Shown: positions 25,401-37,400 of the stretch, in pieces | Numbering within the stretch: the stretch's first letter is position 1 | Layout: each line of letters begins with the position of its first letter | From: Macrostomum hystrix | Taxonomy: Eukaryota > Animalia > Platyhelminthes | Direction: 5' to 3' | Length of the DNA stretch: 64,000 nucleotides | Assembly (NCBI GenBank): GCA_950097015.1 | Contig: CATNEN010000033.1 | Span: 1,302,001-1,366,000 of the forward strand | Translations under genes and position numbers: made by a program | Notes under the pieces: model-generated | The model's input: the letters and a program-made list of their open reading frames with translations, nothing else | What the model was told of the DNA's origin: nothing | Database searches by the model: none

Positions 25401-28400
25401 TGCCACCAGGAGAACATAACAAACCGAGCACTTATTCAACCCAGGAACATGCAGCTGCTCATTTAGAGTTGTTATTCTTTTGGCACCTGTGTTTACAAGT
25501 CCCAGAACTCTGGTTCTCTGTGTCAGGGCTTAAAACGACAAGCAAACACACTCTTTTGGCAGCAAGATCTGCTTCACTCATCAGCACAAATCTGTCTCCG
25601 AACTGACCTCCTCGACCCTCCGGTGGTACTGCTGACAGCTGCGGCGCGAATCCAGCAGACTGACTCCGCTATTGAAGACGGCGTGAATGACCAGGCCCAG
25701 TGAGAATATATCGCAGGCTTGGGTCGCCTTGCCGTGAATTTGCACATCCGGCGCCATGAAGTCCAGGTCGGGCTGGGCCATCTTCGGCAGCTTTGGGGTC
25801 CACTGGGTGAAGTTGAATGAGTCCTGTAGAACAATCAGATGTTCGTTCGAATGAGCTAAATTGGAGTGCTATTTTTAGCACAAAAGAACAGGTGTCACAT
25901 GATGTTTTTGGATTAATTTAGCATCTATAAAGCTTGTGCAACCTCTACTATGCTCGTGTAAATTTCCCTATTACACAGCAAAAGTTTGACCTTAATTGAC
26001 CTTAGGCTTAAATTAGCAAGGAGAACATGAACAACAATTAGTGAATTTTAAGACACTCCTTACTATAGAAATAAAAAAACTAAATTTATAATTCTTCTTC
26101 TAGATAAACAATTTTGATAGACATTCGAATTTCAAAACGTAGTTAAGCGCTCTTTCGTGTGAGAACGAACTAAAACTAGCTCGAACTAAAGAAAGGAATG
26201 CTGGAGTTTTGGGTTTGTAAGTGCTTGAATCGGAAGTGGAACACCAAACAAACAGGACTAAAGTGACTTTCGCGAATTCTCCATCCGGGTCTAATTGCTA
26301 GTTTCCAGTCGGAAGATTGACAGTGTAATAATAAAACAAGCAACCAGAGGCAGAGCCTAGATTCCAGATTCCTAGCTTACTGCAGCAGGCTGACAGAAAA
26401 TCTCACTCTGAGATTAATTGTAGGGCCAGGCAGACCGCCAGATGTTGCGAGTGGCCAGGTTGATGGTTAGAGTTAGGCGCTCTAGTTTTCCCTACTGCTG
26501 CTGAGTTCATGCTGCCCAAAACACAAAGGGACCTGCAAAATGAGCCACGCAGCCGCTCCCCAGCACAAAGGGGTCGCGGTGTGCTAATCAATCTCTTGGG
26601 CCTGTCCTCCAACATTCGGTTGATTAATCACGCCGCGCTCAAGGTATGCGACTGCGGCCAGGTGATGATGCGGCTTTCTTCATGGCCTTTCTTCATGGGA
26701 GTGGAATCGCAGGCCTGTCGCTATCTCACTTTGAGAAGATCACAATGAATTCGAAAAATAGGATAAAAATGTTCACTTCCACAGCCTGATCATGAACTCG
26801 ATTAGATTGAATCTGATTTCGAGTAATTAGCATGCACCCTGTGACCGTTAAAATGCCTTCTAGGAATACGGCGCAAAGAAATATGCTATTAGCTAGTACC
26901 TCGTCTAGCGCGTCTGTCTACAATTAGAAAGCATAAGAAGTCATTCCGTTCAGAGACCTCTCATTTTATTCTAAAGCATCGTTGAAAAATAGCTTGAAAT
27001 TTTCTGTCATTCAGTTCGCACTTCTCAGACAGCTCTAAAACAAACCAATCAGCAATATTGCAGTCTCTAGGTCTCCTTGCCACCGCCCTGACAGAAATTG
27101 ATAGGCCGTGTTCTGGGTCAACGGAAGCAGCTTCCAAGGGGAGCGGGGCAGGCACGGACAGAGATCTGAAAGCTGGAATCGATCAAAGAGGAAACTTGCA
27201 TTCCCCTTCATCTACCAGGAGCAGATTGATGGAGGGCCTCCCCAATCCACGAGCTGGTCACCTTGCAATCACTAATGCCCCCCAAGGTCTGCGCTTTTGG
27301 CCAAACTTACTTTTGCCAGTGAAAGCTGAGCACTGCTCTGCTAAGCCAGCTCTTTATTTGCCTGTCTGACGGCCCGACCTGCACAACTGTGTGGCGGAGC
27401 CTGATTTATTGATTGCAGTTCTAAACACTTCTTTCTGAGCGCAGGTGGATAAATCGTAAACCTTTGCAACCCCAATAATAACTGCCATCTGACTGGCCGT
27501 ACTGAACCATGGCTGTTGAGTGTCTGTCTGTACTGAACCATGGCTGGTGAGTGTCTGTCTGTACTGAACCAAGGCTGGTGAGTGTCTGTCTGTACTGAAC
27601 CATGGCTGTTGAGTGTCTGTCTGCACTGAACCATGGCTGGTGAGTGTCTGTCTGTACTGAACCAAGGCTGGTGAGTGTCTGTCTGTACTGAACCAAGGCT
27701 GGTGAGTGTCTGTCTGTACTGAACCATGGCTGGTGAGTGTCTGGCTGTACTGAACCATGGCTGGTGAGTGTCTGTCTGTACTGAACCATGGCTGTTGAGT
27801 GTCTGTCTGCACTGAACCATGGCTGGTGAGTGTCTGTCTGTACTGAACCATGGCTGGTGAGTGTCTGTCTGTACTGAACCAAGGCTGGTGAGTGTCTGTC
27901 TGTACTGAACCATGGCTGGTGAGTGTCTGTCTGTACTGAACCATGGCTGGTGAGTGTCTGTCTGTACTGAACCATGGCTGTTGAGTGTCTGTCTGTACTG
28001 AACCATGGCTGTTGAGTGTCTGTCTGTACTGAACCATGGCTGTTGAGTGTCTGTCTGTACTGAACCATGGCTGTTGAGTGTCTGTCTGTACTGAACCATG
28101 GCTGGTGAGTGTCTGTCTGTACTGAACCAAGGCTGGTGAGTGTCTGTCTGTACTGAACCATGGCTGGTGAGTGTCTGTCTGTACTGAACCATGGCTGTTG
28201 AGTGTCTGTCTGTACTGAACCAAGGCTGGTGAGTGTCTGTCTTTACTGAACCATGGCTGGTAACTGAGACTCACGTGGGAAGAGCTAGACTTCTCAACGA
28301 AACCGAGCCCAGAAAGCTTCCAGCAGCCGCGTTTAGTGATGAGCACGGAGCCCAGGTTGAGGTTGCCGTGGATCACCTTCTGTGTGCTGTGGAGGTACTT

Positions 28401-31400
28401 CAGGGCTTCGTTGATCTATAAATGTGTTTCCGATGAGACACCGCTGTTGGATGCATATATTTTGCAATAAAGTAGCTTTTTTAGTGAAAATCTTGATCAT
28501 TCACTCAGACAATTCAAGTGGGCTCGACACCCTCATCTCTCCAATGATGTTTGAGGACCCAAGTTGCTCACCTGGTGAATGCCGTGCTTGATTTCCAAAT
28601 CGGTGAAACCTTCCTGAATAAATAGCATATGTTAGGGTCGCATTGCATTAAAAAAACATTTTAGGTGTAAATAACGAAAAAATAGCTCATTCGTTCTGAG
28701 ACCTTGAGTTCCTGAGGTACAGGCTGAGCAATGCGCTCGTGAATGCCTAGGAAGTTGGCCAGACTCCCCCACACTGGCTCCGTGGCGAAGGCGAGGCTAT
28801 CGCTGCAACGAAATTGGCAAAACCAACTGTACCTTGCCACTTTGCAGTATCGCAGGAGTTGTCAAATGGGGAACTGGGAGAGTGACGATTCTAAATGGGG
28901 ATCTGGGAGAGTGACGATTCTAAATGGGGATCTGGGAGAGTGACGATTCTAAATGGGGATCTGGGAGAGTGACGATTCTAAATGGGGATCTGGGAGAGTG
29001 ACGATTCTAAATGGGGATCTGGGAGAGTGACGATTCTAAATGGGGATCTGGGAGAGTGACGATTCTAAATGGGGATCTGGGAGAGTGACGATTCTAAATG
29101 GGGATCTGGGAGAGTGACGATTCTAAATGGGAATCTGGGAGAGCGACGATTCTAAATGGGGATCTGGGAGAGTGACGATTCTAAATGGGAATCTGGGAGA
29201 GCGACGATTCTAAATGGGGATCTGGGAGAGCGACGATTCTAAATGGGGATCTGGGAGAGTGACGATTCTAAATGGGGATCTGGGAGAGTGACGATTCTAA
29301 ATGGGGATCTGGGAGAGTGACGATTCTAAATGGGGATCTGGGAGAGTGACGATTCTAAATGGGGATCTGGGAGAGTGACGATTCTAAATGGGGATCTGGG
29401 AGTTGAGTTGAGTATCTGGGAGTTGGGCTTAGTATCTGGGAGTTGGGTAATACGCACTTGCACTCTTCCACTGGGTGCCAGATCTGCAGCAGCTTCGGGT
29501 GCTTGAACCGCTCCAGATAGCGCACCTCTCGACGAAGCACCTCCGAGACAGTCTCCTTGCGCTTGGGTTTGTGCAGCTTCTCGGCAATCTTCTTATCAAA
29601 TATGAAGACGGAGCACTCCTGTGGGTGAAGAAGGAATAGGACGCTGAGTCGATGGCGCAAAGTACAAAGTAAATAGCGATCATGCTGGCTTGTGTCGAGA
29701 TATAGTGAAACTAATATAGTGAAGAAGCTTTTGAACTTCTCAGAGGGAACGAATGGTAAGATAATCAGAAAGCGGGCGAACCTGGGTTCGCGATGTTCGC
29801 AGGGATAAATCGGAGCGAAGGGAAGGTGACAGGCCATTACCTTCTTCTCATTCCGTTCTCTTATTAATTTCAGAAAGCTAATCAGATTCAGCTTAATTGC
29901 CTTATCTGGGGCCGAGTGCTGGTCTGATACTACAGCAATGTCCCATCCAAGTGACTGAAGTGACATTCCTGGGAACGGGTTGAAAGCTCGCTGTGAAGGT
30001 TAGCCAGGTGGTGTTTTTTATTTCCTGACGACAATAAAGAACTTGTCGCACTCACTGGCCTGTCTGCTAGCATCAGCTGTTGCTTGCACTGCGAAAAAAA
30101 AGTTAATTCCAAGTCACAACCACCTTGAATGCAAGCTGTCCATCCCTACTACGTTGGGCAAAAGCTAGCGCATGGCTTGAGTGTGAGAAAGTTGTTTAAT
30201 TACAACTTGATTGCATGCGGGACGCGAGTTAGCTAGCAGACAGGTGTGCTTTATGTAATAGTTCATCTCAGACGGGAATGCAATCCGCTCCGCTCATGCG
30301 TTATAAATAAAAACCTGATTCTTTTACAGTACAATGGCAAGCCAAGGGGGACAGCTCGCGTGAGCAGAGATGAATTTGAGGAGACTAAAAGGTCAGCACC
30401 CAAAGGAGGAGGGAAAGTTGAGAACCCGAGACCTTCTAATGCTGAAGTCCTGCGCTTCACCGGTAACGCCTTTGACCGCGTCTTTGAAAGGGAGCCAAAG
30501 CTATTTCCAGGTTCTGCTAGCTTGTTCCTGTGTACTTGCTTGCGAACACTTTACTGAGCAAAGCTTTGCAGCCACCCTGATGCTGTCGAAAGGTTTATAG
30601 GAAAATATTTACTGCACGGAACTTCACGATGCAATCCTTATTAGCAATTGCTTCGTTAAGGCTCCGGCAGAAAAAAAAATTATAATTTTAACTGAATCGG
30701 ACACTGAGTGAAATTGCTGTCCCCTGACTCCGCAGCCAAGCAGCAGCTGATTATTGCTTAAATACTGGCTCCATGAACACATTCAGTCCACCGAGATACT
30801 CCCGCTGCGATTATGGCTACAGCTCCTGCTGCGATTCTGGCTACAGCTCCTGCTGCGATTCTGGCTACAGCTCCCGCTGCGATTCTGGCTACAGCTCCTG
30901 CTGCGATTCTGGCTACAGCTCCTGCTGCGATTCTAGCTACAGCTCCCGCTGCGATTCTGGCTACAGCTCCTGCTGCGATTCTGGCTACGGCTCCTGCTGC
31001 GATTCTGGCTACAGCTCCTGCTGCGATTCTGACTACAGCTCCTGCTGCGATTCTGGCTACAGCTCCTGCTGCGATTCTGGCTACAGCTCCTGCTGCGATT
31101 CTGGCTACAGCTCCCGCTGCGATTCTGTCTACAGCTCCTGCTGCGATTCTAGCTACAGCTCCTTCTTCGATTCTAGCTACAGCTCTTCTGCTGCGATTCT
31201 CGCTACAGCTCCTTCTGCTGCGATTCTGGCTACAGCTCTTCTGCTGCGATTCTAGCTACAGCTCCTTCTGCGATTCTGGCTACAGCTACTGCTACGATTC
31301 TGGCTACAGCTCCTGCTGCGATTCTAGCTACAGCTCCTTCTTCGATTCTAGCTACAGCTCTTCTGCTGCGATTCTCGCTACAGCTCCTTCTGCTGCGATT

Positions 31401-34400
31401 CTGGCTACAGCTCTTCTGCTGCGATTCTAGCTACAGCTCCTTCTGCGATTCTGGCTACAGCTCCTGCTGCGATTCTGGCTACAGCTCCTGCTGCGATTCT
31501 GGCTACAGCTCCCGCTGCGATTCTGGCTACAGCTCCTGCTGCGATTCTAGCTACAGCTCCTGCTGCGATTCTAGCTACAGCTCCCGCTGCGATTCTGGCT
31601 ACAGCTCCTGCTGCGATTCTGGCTACGGCTCCTGCTGCGATTCTGGCTACAGCTCCTGCTGCGATTCTGACTACAGCTCCTGCTGCGATTCTGGCTACAG
31701 CTCTTCTGCTGCGATTCTGGCTACGGCTCCTGATGCGATTCTGGCTACAGCTCCTGCTGCGATTCTAGCTACAGCTACTGCTGCGATTCTGGCTACGCAC
31801 TGATTATCTCAGAGATGAGATAAATCTCGGAAAATGGAAAATTATAAAACTTAATCAGCCAATTCAAATTTTGTTGCACTTGTAAGTTGGTTTCACCAGA
31901 ATTTCTACGAAATGAAGGAATGGAAGGATTTTTGTCCCCACGATTAAATCGTATTGGAGTTTGGTTGCCCTCAATTTGCAGTCATCTTTTAATTTGAAAT
32001 TCAAGTGCTTTCCAACAAGGCCCCACTCGTGGTATGCCTTTTGCATTTTGCATTCTCTTTTGCATTCGGCAAAAATTGCTTTTTTCAGACAGCATAAAGT
32101 TTTTTACTCGCGTACTCGTGCACTGCCTAGTGGAGCTTTTGCACTGTTTCCCATTCCTAGCGCTGATTGATTAATTTCTATCGCATCGCTAAACCCCGTA
32201 CTCTCATTTGCATGTTAAACTGAATTGCGAAGCTGCGCCAGTTCTTCACGTATTTATGCAGGCCATCCACCTCCCAGCATTGGAGATTCAGTCCTGCCGT
32301 CTGACAAGACAGACAAATACTTTCATTTAATGAATGATTGAATTAGTAACAATGAACTTGAGAATGAGGTTGAGAATGAGAATGAGGATGAGAATGAGAA
32401 TGATGATGAGAATGAGAATGAGGTTGAGAATGAGAATGAGGATGATGATGAGAATGAGAATGAGGATGAGAATGAGAATGAGAATGAGGATGATAATGAG
32501 GATGATAATGAGAATGATAATGAGAATGAGAATGATGATGAGAATGAGGATGAGAATGAGGATGAGAATGATATAGAGAATGAGAATGAGGATGAGAATG
32601 AGGTTGAGAATGAGAATGAGGATGAGAATGAGAATGAGAATGAGGTTGAGAATGAGAATGAGGATGAGAATGAGAATGAGGTTGAGAATGAGAATGAGGA
32701 TGATGATGAGAATGAGGATGAGAATGAGACTGAGGATGAGAATGAGGACGATAATGAGAATGATAATGAGAATGAGAATGATGATGAGAATGAGAATGAG
32801 ATGAGAATGAGAATGAGGATGATGATGAGAATGAGAATGAGGATGAGAATGAGAATGAGAATGAGGATGATAATGAGGATGATAATGAGAATGATAATGA
32901 GAATGAGAATGATGATGAGAATGAGGATGAGAATGAGGATGAGAATGATGATGAGAATGAGGATGAGAATGAGGTTGAGAATGAGAATGAGGATGAGAAT
33001 GAGAATGAGAATGAGGTTGAGAATGAGAATGAGGATGAGAATGAGAATGAGGTTGAGAATGAGAATGAGGATGATGATGAGAATGAGGATGAGAATGAGA
33101 CTGAGGATGAGAATGAGGACGATAATGAGAATGATAATGAGAATGAGAATGATGATGAGAATGAGAATGAGATGAGAATGAGAATGAGGATAATGATGAG
33201 AATGAGAATGAGAATGAGAATGAGAATAAGGATGAGAATGAGACTGAGGATGAGAATGAGGATGAGAATGAGGATGAGAATGAGGATGAGAATGATATAG
33301 AGAATGAGAATGAGGATGATGATGAGAATGAGAATGAGAATGAGAATGAGAATAAGGATGAGAATGAGACTGAGGATGAGAATGAGGATGAGAATGATAT
33401 AAAGAATGAGAATGAGGATAATGATGAGAATGAGAATGAGAATGAGAATGAGAATAAGGATGAGAATGAGACTGAGGATGAGAATGAGGATGAGAATGAG
33501 GATGAGAATGATATAGAGAATGAAAATGAGGATGATGATGAGAATGAGAATGAGAATGAGAATGAGAATCAGGATGAGAATGAGAATGAGAATGAGAATG
33601 ATATAGAGAATGAGAATCAGAATGAGAATGATATAGAGAATGGGAATGAGAATGAGAATGAGACTAAGGATGAGAATGAGACTGAGGATGAGAATGAGAA
33701 TGAGAATGATATAGAGAATGAGAATAAGGATGGTGATGAGAATGAGAATGACAATGAGAATGAGGATGAGAATGAGGATGATATAGAGAATGAGAATCAG
33801 AATGAGAATGATATAAAGAATGAGAATGAGGATGATGATGAGAATGAGAATAAGGATGAGAATGAGACTGAGGATGAGAATGAGAATGAGAATGATATAG
33901 AGAATGAGAATGAGGATGGTGATGAGAATGAGAATGAGAATGAGAATGAGAATGAGGATGAGAATGAGAATGAGAATGAGGATGAGGATGATATAGAGAA
34001 TGAGAATGAGACTGAGGATGAGAATGAGAATGAGAATGATATAGAGAATGAGAATGAGGATGGTGATGAGAATGAGAATGAGAATGAGAATGAGAATGAG
34101 GATGAGAATGAGAATGAGAATGAGGATGAGGATGATATATACTCGTAGAATGACAATGAGAATGATATAGAGAATGAGGATGAGGATGATATAGAGAATG
34201 AGAATGAGAATGAGAATGAGAATGAGGATGAGAATGAGAATGAGAATGAGAATGAGGATGAGAATGAGAATGAGAATGAGGATGAGAATGAGAATGAGAA
34301 TGAGAATAAGAATGATATAGAGAATGAGAATGAGGATGATATAGAGAATGAGGATGAGGATGATATAGAGAATGAGGATGAGGATGATATAGAGAATGAG

Positions 34401-37400
34401 AATGAGGATGAGAGTAAGAATGATATAGAGAATGAGAATGAGGATAATATAGAGAATGAGGATGAGGATGATATAGAGAATGAGAATGAGGATGAGAGTA
34501 AGAATGAGAATGATAATAATAAAAATAACTAAAAAATAATTGGAATAAGAATAAGCCTGAGAATGTGAACGATAAGCGCTCTCAAAACCAGCCTTCTTCT
34601 TCTTGTCCGGGTTCTTACACCTCAAACTTGGCCAGCAAATGATTGAGATGAGTGAACTCAATCGCGCTGAAGGGGCCTAAGAGAGACGACTCGCTGGCCT
34701 GTCTGATTAGAGGAGTAACTCGGGATTTCTCGGGATAACCCGCCTGAATAGGAAGGAAATGCAGGGGCCATTTGAACTAGCGCCAGCCATCGCCCTGCCT
34801 CCATCACTGGGTATGGCTGGAAGTTGATTGTACTGCGCGATACTGGGACTATTTTTTAGCAAAAAAATCCCTTTATCATTAGTTTGTGCGTTTTTTCCAA
34901 TGCCGGAGCACTCCATTGCGGGAGCTGCAGTGGATCGCAAAAGGGCTTAATTAACCGCAGAAAATTGTTCTTTTCATAATGAAGTCTTGGCGCAGTGGCC
35001 ACAGAGGTATCTGAGGGATGAAGGATCTGAGGGATGGGGGATCTGAGGGATGAAGGATCTGAGGGATGGGGGATCTGAGGGATGAAGGATCTGAGGGATG
35101 GGGGATCTGAGGGATGGGGAATCTGAGAGATAAGAGATTGGGGATTTGAGAGATGGGGATCTGAGAGATGGGGATCTTAGAGATGGGGATCTGAGGGATG
35201 GGGGATCTGAGGGATGGGGGATCTGTGGGATGGGGGATCTGAAGGATGGGGAATCTGAGAAATAAGAGATTGGGATTTGAGAGATGGGGATCTGAGAGAT
35301 GGGGATCTGGGAGATGGGGATCCGAGAGATGGGGATCTGAGAGATGGGGAATTTGAGAGATGGGGACCTGAGAGATGGGGAATTTGAGAGATGGGGAATT
35401 TGAGAGATGGGGATCTGAGAGATGGGGATCTGGGAGATGGGGATCCGAGAGATGGGGATCTGAGAGATGGGGAATTTGAGAGATGGGGACCTGAGAGATG
35501 GGGAATTTGAGAGATGGGGACCTGAGAGATGGGGACCTGAGAGATGAGGATCTGAGAGATGGGGATCTGAGAGGTGGGATCTGAGAGATGGGGGATCTGA
35601 GAGATGGGGGATCTGAGAGATGGGGGATCTGAGAGATGGGGGATCTGAGAGATGGGGGATCTGAGAGATGGGGGATCTGAGAGATGGGGATCTGAGAGAT
35701 CAGGAATCTAGAATTTTTTTACTTAAAGTACCTGTAGCGATGGCTCAGATCGAAAAATTCCGAATAACTTTCAAAAGAAAGCCTTTCACAAAGAAGCTTC
35801 TCAGTACAGCTGTCCCTGAGGGCCTGAGGTGTTGCTAAACGCAGCCTTAAAATGAGTTCGTTTGTGATCAGCTGGAAGCATTCCCTTGAAGCAGACCCGG
35901 CTCGAAAATGGCTTTTAGAGCGCGCGGGACAGAAGGGGGCTGAATGAGGCCGGAATCTCATTATCAGCGCGGATAGTGGGCCGGGGCAGGGACCGTAGCA
36001 CGGACCGTATCGCTTTGCGTCATGAGCCGCTGGTAGGGGTTAGGGTCCCTGTACGAAATTCATTAGCTTTCGCCCTTAGGCGGCACCAGAGAGGGCGGAC
36101 AGACTGGGCAGAGACGTGAGGAAGGCTCTGAGCCCCAGTTTTCCAATCCGTTGAGCTTCTGTCCGGCAGAGAGTGAAACGAATCGGAAGTGGATGGCCGT
36201 CCTGAGCTACCAGTCAATGTTCTGCTCTCTTTATCTCCGAGTGCTACTAAGAGGGTAACTGATACCTGGCTTTGAGCAACGCAGGCCTTCAATTACTGAA
36301 TCGATATCGAGTTATCACTGAGCAGAAGCTTCTGAAGGATCGGATCTGGAGGATTGTGACTGGGGGTGTGATCTAGAGGAACTGGGGGTGTGATCTAGAG
36401 GAACTGGGGGTGTGATCTAGAGGAACTGGGGGTGTGATCTAGAGGAACTGGGTGTGTGATCTAGAGGAACTGGGGGTGTGATCTTGAGAATTGTGACTGG
36501 GGTGTGATCTAGAGGATGGTAGCTGGGGTGTGATCTAGAGGATGGTAGCTGGGGTGTGATCTTGAGGATGGTAGCTGGGGTGTGATCTTGAGGATGGTAG
36601 CTGGAGTGTGATCTTGAGGATGGTAGCTGGGGTGTGATCTTGAGGATGGTAGCTGGGGTGTGATCTTGAGGATGGTAGCTGGGGTGTGATCTTGAGGATG
36701 GTAGCTGGGGTGTGATCTTGAGGATGGTAGCTGGGGTGTGATCTAGAGGATGGTAGCTGGGGTGTGATCTTGAGGATGGTAGCTGGAGTGTGATCTAGAG
36801 GATGGTAGCTGGGGTGTGATCTTGAGGATGGTAGCTGGGGTGTGATCTAGAGGATGGTAGCTGGGGGTGTGATCTAGAGGATGGTAGCTGGGGTGTGATC
36901 TAGAGGATGGTAGCTGGGGGTGTGATCTAGAGGATGGTAGCTGGGGTGTGATCTTGAGGATGGTTGCTGGGGGTGTGATCTAGAGGATGGTAGCTGGGGG
37001 TGTGATCTAGAGGATGGTAGCTGGGGTGTGATCTTGAGGATGGTAGCTGGAGTGTGATCTAGAGGATGGTAGCTGGGGTGTGATCTTGAGGATGGTAGCT
37101 GGGGTGTGATCTTGAGGATGGTAGCTGGGGTGTGATCTAGAGGATGGTAGCTGGGGTGTGATCTTGAGGATGGTAGCTGGAGTGTGATCTAGAGGATGGT
37201 AGCTGGGGTGTGATCTTGAGGATGGTAGCTGGGGTGTGATCTAGAGGATGGTAGCTGGGGGTGTGATCTAGAGGATGGTAGCTGGGGGTGTGATCTAGAG
37301 GATGGTAGCTGGGGTGTGATCTAGAGGATGGTAGCTGGGGGTGTGATCTAGAGGATGGTAGCTGGGGTGTGATCTTGAGGATGGTTGCTGGGGGTGTGAT

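Noticed and set aside
30773-31430. CCDSGYSS / ATAPAAIL repeat proteins
   Set aside because: Translations of a 24-bp minisatellite with frame-breaking variants; intronic.
32343-34661. 772-aa I/L/S/H-rich ORF on - and a potential E/N/D-rich ORF on +
   Set aside because: Both arise from a triplet-module microsatellite inside an intron. The + frame has 1-nt slips at ~32800 and ~33171 and a stop at ~34146.
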